64,000 nt of DNA from Oopsacas minuta (taxonomy: Eukaryota > Animalia > Porifera), in assembly GCA_024704765.1 (NCBI GenBank), contig JAKMXF010000296.1, forward strand, positions 284,465 through 348,464. Reading direction: 5' to 3'. Below the pieces are notes generated by a model. The model worked only from the letters and a program-made list of their open reading frames with translations. It was not told where the DNA came from and did not search any database. Shown here piece after piece: positions 25,531 to 38,986 of this stretch; the stretch's first letter is position 1; every line of letters starts with the position of its first letter. The position numbers were made by a program, and so were the translations under genes.

Positions 25531-26915
25531 CAGTCTGTCAACTTGAAATTGGGAAAATCTTTTTCGATGTTAGAATGTTCCTAATTGCTTTTTCAAATTG
25601 GAGATCGTAATAATATTGATACTTTGTGTTTTTCAACTATTTCTAGTCATTTCTTAACCAACTGAACTTCTCTAGCTGACTGCGGTAACAAAATATTTCA
25701 ATTTATACTTAGTTGCTAATCAAATAATCTATATAAATATTTATCACTTGAATTTCTCGCAGCACTTCTATTTCTTCGCTAATAATTCTTTACTTCCATC
25801 AATTCAAAACCTTAAAATGAACGAGCAAGAACAGCGTAACAATATCAAGATACTTTTCGACACAGGAATCACGAATTGTATGGAATTATCTCGAAGAACT
25901 GGAGTTCCAAAAAGTACAGTTTATCGCACTGTTTACAAATTGAGGAATGCTGAATCCGTTGATAGAAAGATTGGTTCCGGGAAACAGCGTCAGACCAAAG
26001 CAAATAACGCTAGATTACTTGTTAGTTTGGCAATCAACAATCCTAGGTTATCTGTGAGGAAGTTGACTTGCAAATTTAACAAAAGGCGGGGTCTATCGTT
26101 CTCACACGAGGCTGTAAGGATTGAGATGAAGCGGCGTGGCTACACCCGCAAGGTTGCTAGAAAGATTCCGATGCTTACACAAACCCATAAGGCTTATCGT
26201 GTCGATTGGGCTAAGTCTAACAGATGTAGAGATTGGGAGAAAGTGATATTTAGCGATGAGATGTCCATTTGGCTAGCTGGTGGCAGAGTATGTGTCTGGT
26301 GTAAAGGTGATTCGAAACCTGTAAAACCCAGTACGAAACACTCTCCTAAATTGCATGTTTGGGGAGCGTTTTCAGCACGTGGAACGTTTCCTATCAAGGT
26401 TTTCAGAGAAAATCTCACCGGGCGACTTTACTGCGACATTCTGCACGAATGTTTAGTAGAACAAGCAAGTGTCTTGTACCCTGATGGATGGGTTTTCCAG
26501 GAAGACAACGATCCCAAACACACGTGCAACCTTGCTAAAGGATACATGGAGGAGAAAGGGATACATAGGATGGATTGGCCTGCTTGTAGTCCGGATTTGA
26601 ATCCGATCGAGAACCTCTGGTCGTGGATCAAGAGACAAATCGATTTGAAGTCACCACGAAATTTAAATGAGCTGGAAAGGGAGCTAAATAAAGGATGGAA
26701 TTCTTTAGAACATGAATTTTTACGTCCATTTTTGGTGATCGATGCCCAAAAGAGTCAAATTAGTACGAAAAGTAACGGAAATAAGATAAATTATTAGACC
26801 TACTATATTATTGATTGTTTAAGGATTCTAATAGTATATTTAGAATAGAAATACACTAAATGTACTTGTAGCTAGGGAAAAACAAAGATCTTCCCAATTT
26901 CATGTTGACAGACTG
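25531..26915 (+). mobile_element. Tc1-family (DD34E) transposon inserted in the mariner
   Basis: ~32-bp TIRs CAGTCTGTCAACTTGAAATTGGGAA / TTCCCAATTTCATGTTGACAGACTG; flanks TG (likely mutated TA) and TA. Confidence 0.93.
25817..26797 (+). CDS. Tc1 DD34E transposase, 326 aa, open reading frame
   Basis: Paired-like HTH, GSGKQRQT, VIFSDE, KLHVWGAFS, FQEDNDPKH, SPDLNPIENLW (34 residues between D and E); last ~20 aa appear locally out of frame. Confidence 0.9.
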   Translation: MNEQEQRNNIKILFDTGITNCMELSRRTGVPKSTVYRTVYKLRNAESVDRKIGSGKQRQTKANNARLLVSLAINNPRLSVRKLTCKFNKRRGLSFSHEAVRIEMKRRGYTRKVARKIPMLTQTHKAYRVDWAKSNRCRDWEKVIFSDEMSIWLAGGRVCVWCKGDSKPVKPSTKHSPKLHVWGAFSARGTFPIKVFRENLTGRLYCDILHECLVEQASVLYPDGWVFQEDNDPKHTCNLAKGYMEEKGIHRMDWPACSPDLNPIENLWSWIKRQIDLKSPRNLNELERELNKGWNSLEHEFLRPFLVIDAQKSQISTKSNGNKINY

Positions 26916-27874
26916 TACATGGGGCCTTGCGTTGTTATGCTGCAGCAATACGCCACATGTCAACTTGCCTCGCATCTGACGTTTAATCGCTTGATGCAAT
27001 TCTTCAATTTGTCAACGTAATAATCATTGTTTATGGTGGTCTTCTCAGCAACCAATCGAGGTGTTTTTCCTTCCATATCCCATAATACTGTTGCCATTCT
27101 CTTCCCTGCTGATTTTGCGGCCTTTACCTTAATGGGTACAGGTTCATCACCTCTCTTCCACTGCTTCGATTCAGTTTTGCTCTCTGGTTCATAATGTGAA
27201 ACCAAGTTTCATCCCCCGTTACTATACGATCCAAAAAGTCTTCCTCTACCTTATATATTGAAATTGATTCCTTGCTAACTCTGACCCTTTCGCGTTTTTG
27301 TTCTTTTGAATGTTTTGCGACCCACGTGCAGTTACCTTCGACATTTCCAGATCTTCAGTGATAATCGAGTGTAGTGTGGCTTTTGATATACCTACCTTAT
27401 CTTCTAACTCTCGCAGGGTTATTCGTCTGTCCTCGTCCAAAATTGTTTGGACCCTCTCGATATTACTGCTGGTTTTTGAGGATGTCGGACGACCTGGACA
27501 AGGGTCATCGTGGAGTTCCTCATCTCCATTATCAAAACGTCCAATCCATCTATATATTGTGGCTTTCAAAGGACATTCATCACCCAAAATATCCTGCATT
27601 TCACGAAGAATGTATGGGCCAGTCTTCTCCTTTTTCTACAGGTACCAAGTTATTTGTCGTTTTCCATCTTTGCTAAAATCCTTTAGTTGGAAAAAGTAGC
27701 CTATACAAATGAAACTTTATACTGAAGAATATGCTAGTAGAGTAAAGAGTATATTTTATCGAAGTTAGACAATCAAGTTAGACTTGTAATCTGATATTAG
27801 GCTTAGAGCTGTATTAACTAGAATATGAATTCAATACATTAGTCTCATTACTTATTAAACAACCTTTGTAGTTC

Positions 27875-28150
27875 AAAATACAAAGTCGCCAGTTCCAAGG
27901 AAAAGCTGCCCAAATATTCACTTTAGCACTATGTTTGAATGTACACTGAGATTTCATAATACCTCTTTTGTCCACAATTTCACTTCCCCTTATGGAGCCA
28001 TAATGATGCTTCATCACAACATTTGGCGTGTTTCCACTTTCTCCTTTGGTTTTAGGCCACTGGGGACTCTTTTTCCTCTTAACATCTTATTACATCTGTA
28101 CCTTAGATGCGAATTTCTTTTCGTACAGCAAACTGACTAAACATATATGA
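27875..28150 (-). pseudogene. Tc1-like transposase fragment
   Basis: KHSAKVNIWAAF motif in ORF 27814-28017. Confidence 0.5.
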
Positions 28151-28800
28151 ACTGTATCATACTATCCTATAAACAAAGGTTGAGGAACTTATTTTAATTC
28201 TGGTCCATGGATGGCAATTACCATGGGATTATTGTGAACGATGTCTCAAAAATTACCTAATTTAATGATTTTCTAACTAAATATGATATATTCATTTGCT
28301 CCTACTTAGTTAGAAGATATTTGCATAATTTATGAAACTGGTAAACTTCATTCTTTGGGATATTTGCATTATCAATCTATTGGTGGAAATCATCATAATT
28401 ATCATCCTACAATGTGAATATTCCATTAGTTTTTGCATTTTGTCAAATATCCTTCACTAGTCTTTTTGCTATATTTCAATTGTTTTCAAGATATTTTGCT
28501 CACTTAACCCACCAATTCCAATCTATTTTCACATCTTATCAGCTGTATTCTGCCTCTATTTCACTATTTTTCATTTATTTGATTCTACATCTAAAATCTT
28601 CGACATGCTTGTCTGGTATCTGGTTGTGAGTCTAGCTATTGCGATCAAGATGAATATTTGAATTTACATATATTTTCTCTTTACGAATGATAATAACACT
28701 CGTGAAGAGTGGTCACGACTATACCTCTACCGAGATAATACTATAAGATGAACAAACGATTGAAGGTATGTTGTCATACTATTCTTTAATCACACTACTC

Positions 28801-28957
28801 CAGCGGTTCCCAACCTTGGGTCCATGGGCTCATGGCAGTCCACGGGCCACAACACGGCTCCATAGGATCTAAAATTTTGTATTGAATTGTACGACAGGGA
28901 TCCATAGAATGTGTATAAATTAGTAAGGTGATACATGAAAAAGGTTGGGATCAGCTG
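28801..28957. mobile_element. hAT (Charlie-like) MITE
   Basis: Perfect 8-bp TSD CACTACTC; TIRs CAGCGGTTCCCAACCTT / AAGGTTGGGATCAGCTG. Confidence 0.9.
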
Positions 28958-30959
28958 CACTACTCTATAGCTATATAGCTCAATCAGTTTTCATTTTTAT
29001 CTTTCAGTCAACTCTCGTTATAACCAACTCTGATATATGAAACTTTCGTTGTTTCGAAGAGACTCTTGCCCCTGTTGCTTGGAAGTAAAATAACCTTTCC
29101 TTATACAATGTTCTGGGACTTAGTTTCATTTCGCTATAAGTGGAATTTCGTTAATCCCAGAGTTTTGTACTATCTTACAAGGTTATAAGTGTATTTATTC
29201 TACTCCGTTTATTCCGTAATGAACGCCGGGTCCAGAGGACTTTTCGAAATTATATTTTAATTTGTGAACTTTGAATGAGTATTCTTGTACTCCTTTTTTC
29301 CGAAATATATTTAACATAAACAAAGGGTTGCAGCTCAATTTTAAGAGCGTATTTTCTACTTATCCTATTTTGCCTCTAATTCTATTTACAATATCTTGGT
29401 CCAATCTGGTAAATCTAATATATTGAAATTTGATACGATAACAGCAAAATATTTTTCCCTCAGGTTTGGTAATTTCAAAGCGAAATTAACTTTGCAATCT
29501 TAATTTCGATTTCTAATTTATCATGAGTCATATGTTTGTCTTTTAGCTTGAAAGATGGAAATAGCACATACGGACCACTCAATGTACAATTCCTTTGCTA
29601 ATTATTAAGTGGTTGAAAATATTCAATGTAAAGGTTTGAAACAAATACCCTCACATACCGTTACATCGAAGCTCAAGGGACGACTGGGATAATTACTTTG
29701 ATATATCGGGAGTTCTATATAACTGATGAATTTTATGTTAGTTGTCGAATTGCGACAAAATCTGTATAATTTCAGACTTCGATATGAATAGGTATTTCAA
29801 GATACTCATGTTCGATATAACAAGCTTCGACATTATTTGATTTACATAGCTGCAAGTATTCATCTCCACTTTGGCTTCGGATTTTCTTCAATTACGTATT
29901 ACATTCTCTTTTTCTTGAATTAAGGCTAATATCAGCACAAAATTATACCATACCATGTTCCCAGATAGTTCTATTGATTTAGTAAATATAGCTTTTCTAA
30001 ATTGGTGGAAAGATTATGTGGATATCTTGTGTGAAACCTTTATCATTATTCAAATAGTTTCTTAAGCAATGAATCTATTCTGCGGCCTCCCGTATCATGG
30101 TGGCATTTATTTATATGACCATTAATTCAGATAGATATAGTCATATCTTGAACGATTAGAGTACCTGTGGTGTCTGAAACATAAATGGAACGGATCAGGG
30201 TTGACCGACCGGTATTATCGGGTCAGGTACCTATCGAAATCTTTACCGCCCGGTTGACCACTTTTGATATACCTTAAGAATTTGAACCTTAAAACTACTA
30301 AAATACTGCTTATTACACTTGTAATGGGGTCTATTTTCATTATTGACCTAATTTCTAGTTGTATGATTTATTAGATTTTTCCTCATTAATTTGTATTATT
30401 TAAGGTTACATAAGGATTACCTAATGACCGACTGTCCGGCCGGCTGGGTGGTCTTAAAAAAGCTGAGTGGTTCTATCTCCAGTCTGAAATTAGCATACAC
30501 AGTCTAAACCGTTTTTTCTTACTTATTGGTCTTTCCTACTTAGTTTTCAGGCTCGGATTGTGAAGAATGTTGGATTTACATTCATTTGTCCATTTGCTTA
30601 TCCTACTTTTCCGTGCAAAGAAATCAAAAGAGTTGACCCATTATACTGTATATAATGTCAATTTCGTCCTTGCCAGTTAAACACCTTCGTAGATCTGGGG
30701 CACTATTTTCTAAAACTATTTCAACACAAAATTTACTTATTTATTCACTGTTCTACCGCTTCTATATTGAAATGGTTTCCTGTTTCTATATCCTTTTTCT
30801 GTTCATGATTCATTAGCATCCGACAATTTGAGCTTGACAGCTTATTGCTCCAGGTTAGCTTGGGTATTGAACAGCTAAGTGTTATTAATCGCTTCGCGAC
30901 AAAGTATACTCTGCACTATGTGCTTCGAATTCACAGAATAGTTACAATTTTAAGATTTT

Positions 30960-31140
30960 ATTATCCATGGTCCATCAAAATTTCGTTGAATGGCCTTCTG
31001 TGGTGACACTGGAGATGCTTTTTCGCTTTTGGTTAGTAATCTGGGCACTTTGTGTCACAAGTTTAATAAATTCTTATATTTTCAAATTGTTTAGTATAGT
31101 CATGGTGCCGTAACAATCCCATGATGAGTTTGCCATTTGG
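30960..31140. repeat. Dispersed repeat; homologous copy at ~3280-3460
   Basis: Shared blocks CATG(G/A)TCCATCAA..AATGGCCTTCTGTGGT..ATCTGGGCACTT..GTC..TAATCCCATGATGAGTTTGC. Confidence 0.7.
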
Positions 31141-34100
31141 CCAGAATTCTGATCTCATATATTGTTATGAATGGGTGAATTTATAATTGATAACTGTAGT
31201 TGAATATTACTTACAATATTTAATCGACGGTTTATTCTGAAGCCTAAAGTATAGGGCCGAAGCGAGTGGCTCATACTCGCCCCGGCCCTAGCCCAAACTA
31301 CCCTCAGGCTCGGTCCGGGCTTGCGCCTAGTGTATTAATCGATCATCAAATCACGAGCGTTCATTAAAAATGATCGTTGACAAATGATCCTTGCCCAAAA
31401 CGGATGACTTTCACGATCATTTCTGTGATCGCTTTTCTGATTTTATCAGTATTATATAATCTGATTGTATGAGCACCATAGGAGATGCTCTATTATGTTA
31501 GTCCATCCCCCACGGCCATGCGTAACCTACCAGTCCGATTGCCATGAATATTCATCCTAAATTCACCTTCTTTTTATTCCAGTTGGTAGAACTCCGGTAA
31601 TTTAGACTTATATTCGTTTATATGTACTATTCATTCCAACTTAAATATAGTTTCCTATTCATTTAATACAATTCTTATTCATATATGATGTACACTAGTA
31701 CGTGCGTATATTTGATTCCCGGAATCTTTTATGTCTAACTTAATAAGCCCCAAACCTTCGTAAGCCTAGGGCATAGTGCCTCTAGTGCCTTGTATTCAAT
31801 CCTCCCCTGAATTTCACCCTGTCGAAGGTGTTCACATCTATAATTTTATGCTATTTAAGCATATTCTATAAAGCTTAATATACACACTTACTTTCATAAA
31901 TAATTACTCACCACAAATCTATCTGGAAATTATAGAATCAAACACAATTTTGCGGTGAATCTAAATAGAAAATATATGTTAGTAGTATAATGAATTGGGA
32001 AATGATTATGTTATGCATTAATATGTCCCAAAAATTGCAATTATTCCATTTTCCAAGGTGTTGAAGTCTTTAATTGGATAATTGGCTCTAAAAATTGAAA
32101 TCTTTGTGATATATTATTCATAACATGTTCATTTTCTTAATCCAATATATTACTAAACATATTTTCTATATAGTTTCACGACTTAGTTGTTGTATCCTTA
32201 AAACCTTTTCTGGAGATTTTGTGGTCAGTGAATATTTATAACCGCCAGTGTAGCTAATTTTTCCTTTTTTTGGATTATTTTACTCGCTACTATTGAAGCA
32301 CGTACAGTCAAACTTGTCATAAATTCCCACAAATATACTTGATAAAAGTGGTAGTTATTTTCGAGTGTTTGTTTTAAGAGTCCTTTATTGTAGGAGACCC
32401 TATACTGCACTATAAGTCAACGAATGTGACAGACCGACTAGTAAAGAATCACAATCAAGTCCAATAATCAACTGATCATTTTATTATTTGTATCAATTTA
32501 TTATGAATATCTATTAGTTCTGTATTGTTAATGAATTGTGATTTTTACATTAAATTAATACTATATATTATTGGTTTGAGTTATCCTACATCTTTAATGT
32601 ATGAATAATATTATATTATATTGCTTTAGAAAATAATATACAGTGTGCAACCTCGATTATCCTGACATACCCCCATGTCCCAGGTTGTATAAACGACCTC
32701 GATCATCCTGATGGTTGATTATCTGGACTCTTTTGACAGGTCCCAACCAGTCGGATAATCGAGTTTGCACAAACAATTATTTTGGTTCAGGGTATTTGCC
32801 ATCCATGGTTCTGCATTTGAATATAGTGCCATTGCCTTAGTGTATAGAATGCAAGACTTTCTTTTAAGACTTCAGTCCCCTTTTCATTTACGTAAACTTT
32901 TCTACATATTTATTATTTAAATGACAAATGATATTATAAACCAAGGTTTTTAGGACATAAATGAAGAGTAAAGTAGAATTTTTCAAAGAAAATGGACTTT
33001 TTTGTGGGATGACATTGAGTTGTGGATTTACTGTTTTGAATGTCTTTTTACCTAATTAATCATGAACTTCTAACTGCCCAGACAGTCAACTTGTTCACTC
33101 ATTTTGACTTATAACAAGCTAAGCCTTTGTGTTATTTTCGATATCTCGTAAACCATTAGTTCTTTTGGTATTAAATGAATTTTTATTGAATATGAAGTCA
33201 CGTATGAGTATTTCATTCGCCATAGTCTAAAGGTTTGTGATTTTGAGTTTTACGGTTTTCACCCTTTGTCATTATACACTTAGGGATGTCTATCTGTAGC
33301 GGCAATATTATAGTACCTTTTGCTAGAATATATATTTTCTTTATATTAAACAATGCACATTCTTTATCTTTACAAACTATTTCCAAGTCGATGTGATGTC
33401 ATCTGAGTGTTTACTAAGCGAATTTGTCAAGTTAGCTTGATAACCTTTAATGTTATTGTCAAATCGGCTAGTAAAACATGTCGTATATACCAGATTTCTC
33501 ATACTTTGATAGAATGTTTCGATTACATATCTCCAAAGAAGGTTGCGCAGCCATCAATAATAGCATATTTGGGTGTTATCAGAATTGCTTCATAATCGCT
33601 ATATATATCGTAGGAGTATGGACAATCGGTCATATACTACATTTATCTCTAAGGATTAGGATATCAACACAATTGTGGCATCCATTGTTGCAACTATTGC
33701 ACTGGAAGGTAGAAACTGTCTAATAAATTTTGATATTTCTCATGAAAATAGATCACATTTAATACCTTTAATCGTAAACATATTTATTGACTCTTGAAAG
33801 AGTTTTAAATATCTATCAATAGTCAATTAATTGGGACATTTTTTGACATCTGCTAAGTAAACAATCCGATCACTTCATTTCGAATTGAAATAGTTTGTAG
33901 AGAGATAGATTATGTGTATTGTTAAATATACATATCTTATATATTCGGGCCAAAGTTATCATCTAATACTGTCGCTATTGCAATACATCTTTAAGTGGAT
34001 ATTGATGAATGTGTGAAAGCCGCAAAGAACTACAACCCACAAACATTTCAAGTACCTCAATGTGACAAATTGAATCTCCATGTATGACTTCCTATTCAAC

Positions 34101-37100
34101 AATGATATATTAACTACCGATAGAACTAATAGTTTTCTAGGTCTCAAATATACCACACCTAGCCTAGCTCCTATAAAATTGATATAGTTGACAGCAGGTT
34201 GTTTAGAAGTCAATTGTATTATCAAAGAAACTACAAAATGGTCTCTATAATTCTCAATTTTACTTATATTGGCGTATAATATTTTTAGTGATCAATAATA
34301 TTAGACAGACTCTTTAGCTCATCTGATTAGACCATTATTTACACTTTTGGGGTTATAGTGTCCATTCACCTTAGATGTGCAGACTTGTATCTCAGGAACA
34401 TGGTTTTCGATCTTTGTATATTTTATTTATATTGTTGAATACATCTTTAGGTCTATTTTATTTGTTTTGAAATCAAAGATAATAATTTGAATGTCTTACA
34501 AGGTATCAAAGATGAGTATTTTGAGAATATACTTTACCATAAGTCGTCACTTATTGCTGGAAATTTTTCATCAATCTACCCTCCTCTACCACAAGGGTTA
34601 ATACACCTAAAATTTCCATTGAAATTAGTACTAAACTGAGTCTAATATTTGCCAATGGTTTATTCAATTTATATATGATGTTGCTATTTTGATTTCTTTC
34701 TAAACATTTACATGTCAATTACTGTAACCATACAAGTCTAATTGCTACTTTGTATGCTGCTAATTGACAATCAGTGTCACCATGTGCCACTTGTTCCCAT
34801 ATTGTTCAATTGCGGCAATTGTAAAACAATATGATTATTTTGAATATAACCTATGTCTAATTGAGTTGAAAGCTTCTTCAATGTTTAATTCGAATACGTA
34901 GATACAATGTGACTATTATAATACTATTTCTATGGAAATCTTTGGGTACGTGTACTCTTGGTAGAGGAGAGTATGTTGTGTGAGTTTGTATTGATCCTTT
35001 TTCAGGTCAGGGGAATTGCATATCAAGCCATCCAGCCATTTCACTAACAACAAACGATTTCCTTAAAAGTTTGTTAGTTGAATTCCCAACCCAACATTTA
35101 GATTTGCGTGATTTTAAACTGTTTCTGAAACTAGTTATGCGATTATGAAGAGACAAAATTTTAATTTTTTTAAATTTCGAAACCACTCCTTTTGTAAATT
35201 CAATTCTGACATGAACTTGTCAGTTCAAGTCAACAATAGAAGTCAAATCTCAGGAAAGGTCAACATGTAAAATCTGCCTATCGCCTTAAAAATACATTTA
35301 GATTGTATTGTGCTGGCATAATTGGGACTGGAACTAAAGTAAGAAGTGAGACCGTAACTATGACATAGCATTTGGGGAACCTAATTTTAGAGTTGTTGTA
35401 AAATATTACGAATATTGGTAGACTATGTAGAAAATTTGATTTGGTTCCCATCCCTTCTATTCATTTTCTTGTATTCTTTTTTAATATCCAGATTAATTTC
35501 AATTTTCTAATACATATATTAATCACGATTCAAGATTAATCAAATAATTGAAAAGTTTAAAGTCCCCAATTGATCGCATCAGATTAATATTTATGTTCGT
35601 AATTCGGTCATTTTTCCACGGATAATAATATTCACAAAGAATTGAATTTGTGTCATTATTCCTTGACTACATTAATTAACAATTTATATCCACACATATA
35701 TGATTTTTAGGTTGGGGCTTTCGATTATCCAACTTTCAGGGAAATCGGTTGTTGTTGAAAATGCTGGATGACTTGATATTGAATTCCAGTCAAATGTACC
35801 TTGTTCTTATTATTTGAATTATTTCAAATTCTTATTTCATTCACTTTATCTATTCCTGCTATCGCGAAGCTTTTGGCCAGTATTTTGTCTTCTCTGTCAT
35901 TCCACTCTTTCCAATTTGTGTAGTCATGATTGATATTTTGGAATCAAAATTCTTTATTCAAGTTATCAATCAACAATTTCACAACTTGCTTTATCAATAT
36001 GTGGTTCGACTTACCTAATGATTCTTATTCATGTAACATAAATTTATTAATTGCCATTAGTTGCAAGTTTTGGCACGTTCCAGGAATTCTGAAATATGAA
36101 CATGAACCCTCTCGTCATGTTGTTGAGGCCAAACTAATTTATAGATCTTTTTCCACGATATTGTCATAGATATGCATTTCATGTGTTTAGCGGTTTGATT
36201 ACTTTCGAACATATATCCTTGGATCCCCTGCATCCATAGAATTCACATTTGGTACAATCACTCTACGAAATTCCAGTGCAATTAACGACTATCCAGTGAT
36301 GGATTTTTATTGAAGGCGACATTTTAGATACAAAACTCGGAAGGTTTCAAAGGTATATTGGGATGCATCAGCTGCTGTTTTAGTTTTAACACGCCCATCC
36401 CTTTGATATTTGGTACTGTCATGAATTATGATTAATTTATAGGATTGTTATTTATTGTTACAACCCACTGGGAGTTTGAGAATAATTTGCAAACAATGGG
36501 CAAATTTGAAAATCTCTCTTTTCCACTTTGAAAATTACCAAAATATATTCAATAATTAAAATATGTTATGAATCGATGTATTTACTTATTGACAATCAAT
36601 CCTAATCAATATGTAGCAAAATAGATTAATTAGGATTTATATTAATGCTATCAACTCATACGTACTCTTCGTGTGTCGCACGATTTTGTATTAGACTTAC
36701 AATGAAATCCCTTGGATTTATCATAGATAAATAATATTAAATCCTAGGTCTCACTAAGAAATTATGAGTATTTCCCCGATTCTCACGATTTTGAAAGTTC
36801 CCATGTTGAGGTCGTGATTGAATATTCCCATTGGCGATACCGAAGGATATCAAAGGTTAGAATCATGGATTTATACTCTGTATTGGTTAATGTCAGCTTG
36901 TCTAGGACGCATATCTTTATTACACCGCTGTGGTATTGGAGTACTGTTAATCCTTCCGATACTACTAGCTCCCTTCACTGGAAGATCTTTTGATCCCTCT
37001 TGTTGAGGAAGGACGTGACCCTCGGTCCATGGTGTATCTTCATCGATGTATTAATGGTGCGCTGTTGACTAATAGTTTCTTAGAATGATTTTTGAATCGT

Positions 37101-38508
37101 AAAGATTTGTCATATACTACTATCATTTGAATTAAGATTATTCTTATTATTTGTCTCTTCTTTTCAGGTAGTAATTTTTTACTATTTGACTGTAGAATTT
37201 ATATACCTATATTTATAATACAGTATTATTAAGTATAGTTCAAACACGACCTTAGATTTAGTTATTTGTTGAGAACAAGTTGAAATGGGAACAGTATCAT
37301 GTAACAAGTATTACAATCTGACTTATTATTACAAATAATAAAATCCTAGAATATTTCCCACGGTTTTGGCTTGCAATTTTTGAATGTTAATTGGGACCCA
37401 TCATATACTGCTGTTTTGGTATTGTTTGATGATCAATATACATTGTCCCAGAACGATGATTATAGTCGAATAGGTATTTTAGTTCTCTTAGCTATATGAA
37501 ATGTATTATTTGGTTATTACTATCACAACTAAAACATAGATTAGATTGGTCAGAATTACTATATGAATTCTATATTTTAAAATATGGTGTCATCGACCAT
37601 GTTTACAGTTAATAGCCAAAATTACTTTATCTCTGAAATTTTGTGTACTGCATACTAAAAGTAGATTTTACAATATTTGAGAATTCGTAATGTGAAATTT
37701 CATGTTGTTGTGCCATATTCACAAGTATTTGGTCCACTTCATACTTAGCCATAAAAATTTCCGTGACCATTTCTTTTCAATAATTCTGGGCAAACTGGGT
37801 ACTGCACACCCTTACGGTGCTATATTAACCTCTGCGCTCATCCTCACTAGCATAAACCGTATATCACTTCTCAGTATTAGATTAACTAAAAATTCAAATG
37901 AAAAAATCTAACAAAATGAAACGCATTACTCTTCTGACACCACAACCTTATTTTCATCGACGAAAAATATCCAATATATTGAAGAATCTTTAACCACAGG
38001 TATCTACTTTGAATAACGAGAGTTCTGAAAAACATGTATATCTTTAGTACCACTTTTGTCGATTCATACATATTGCTTCTATCTTGTAAATGCTTTTGAT
38101 AAGAAAGATACACTGTTTAGTGATAATATCATGGAATTATACAAAAATAGTCTAGCTTGTAAATTTTGTTTGTACGTACACTGTGGTATTCCCAAAGTAC
38201 CCCAAATTGACATATTTTAATTAATATTTTTGTCGATTCTATTGTTTTCGACACTGCTGAGAACGATTTGAGGTGGTCAATATACTGCCTTTCGAAGATA
38301 TTCGGTAACTGTGAAATGTTTTCTAGGTTGGCCATGATTTTAGCTGGAATTTTCAACTATATTTTTCCTTTTTAGTTTATTTTTGAAATCGAGAGAATTT
38401 GCACATTTTTCCAAATTCTATATTTACCCCATCATTTACTTACTTGCTGATTTAGTTTATTATTCTTTGTAAATGATATCTTTATTTTATTGATGATAAT
38501 ATTTTTAG

Positions 38509-38829
38509 ATTTCTGATCGTATTATTGAACCGTTTACTCAATATCTTTCCCGTTTCCCCTATTATAAAGACAAACTTGATAAGCGTGGGAGAAAGCTTTT
38601 GGATTACGATTCTTGTAAACGAGAATTGGAAAGTATCAAAACAAAGATGGTTCGGAATAAGGATGGGAAAGATCCGAAATTATCTATTCGGGTAACTACT
38701 CTCGAAAATGAATTTCATAATGCTAAGGAGCAATATGATAAGATAACTGATGAACTTTATGATGATCTTACATTATTAATGAACAATCGTGTTGTATTTT
38801 CTGCGAAACTTTTGGAATATTTCTTCCAG
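38509..38829 (+). CDS. N-BAR domain protein, exon 3
   Basis: Acceptor TTTTTAG|; ISDRIIEPFTQYLSRFPYYKDKLDKRGRKLLDYDSCKRELES...LYDDLTLLMNNRVVFSAKLLEYFFQ contains the amphiphysin signature KRGRKLxDYD; donor CAG|GTATAT; phase 0-0 continues exon 2. Confidence 0.9.
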
Positions 38830-38920
38830 GTATATATCCGTATATTCTAGGTGGTATTATCCAAGCACGTTTTAAGAGCAAACCTCATTGATCTATTTGT
38901 ATTTTCATATGCTGCCACAG

Positions 38921-38986
38921 GTGGCAGAAGTAGCACATCACAGAATATTGGCATCAGAATGTAAATACATTATGAAAATCATTTGA
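38921..38986 (+). CDS. Candidate terminal exon 4 of the N-BAR gene (would give a ~240-aa BAR-only protein)
   Basis: 91-nt intron with pyrimidine tract and CACAG| acceptor; VAEVAHHRILASECKYIMKII* could complete BAR helix 3; weak similarity, no SH3 exon found in the window. Confidence 0.45.
   Translation: MAEVAHHRILASECKYIMKII

Larger units (their letters stand above)
25181..27868 (-). mobile_element. Mariner (DD34D-type), about 1.3 kb after removing the nested Tc1
   Basis: TIRs TA|CAAAGGTTGTTCAATAA ... TTATTAAACAACCTTTG|TA; GDETWFHIMN, LLQHNNARPHV|SSKTM, YSPDLAPSDYWLF; ORF is frameshifted. Confidence 0.9.

Noticed and set aside
33400-33720. Possible BTB-like pseudogene on the - strand (SILLRYI..YAIIDGCATFF)
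   Set aside because: Needs several frameshifts and stops; similarity too weak
34900-37050. Degenerate LINE ORF1/endonuclease on the - strand (Cys-rich CTKC..HMKC segment)
   Set aside because: Too decayed; no diagnostic RT or APE motif could be read with confidence
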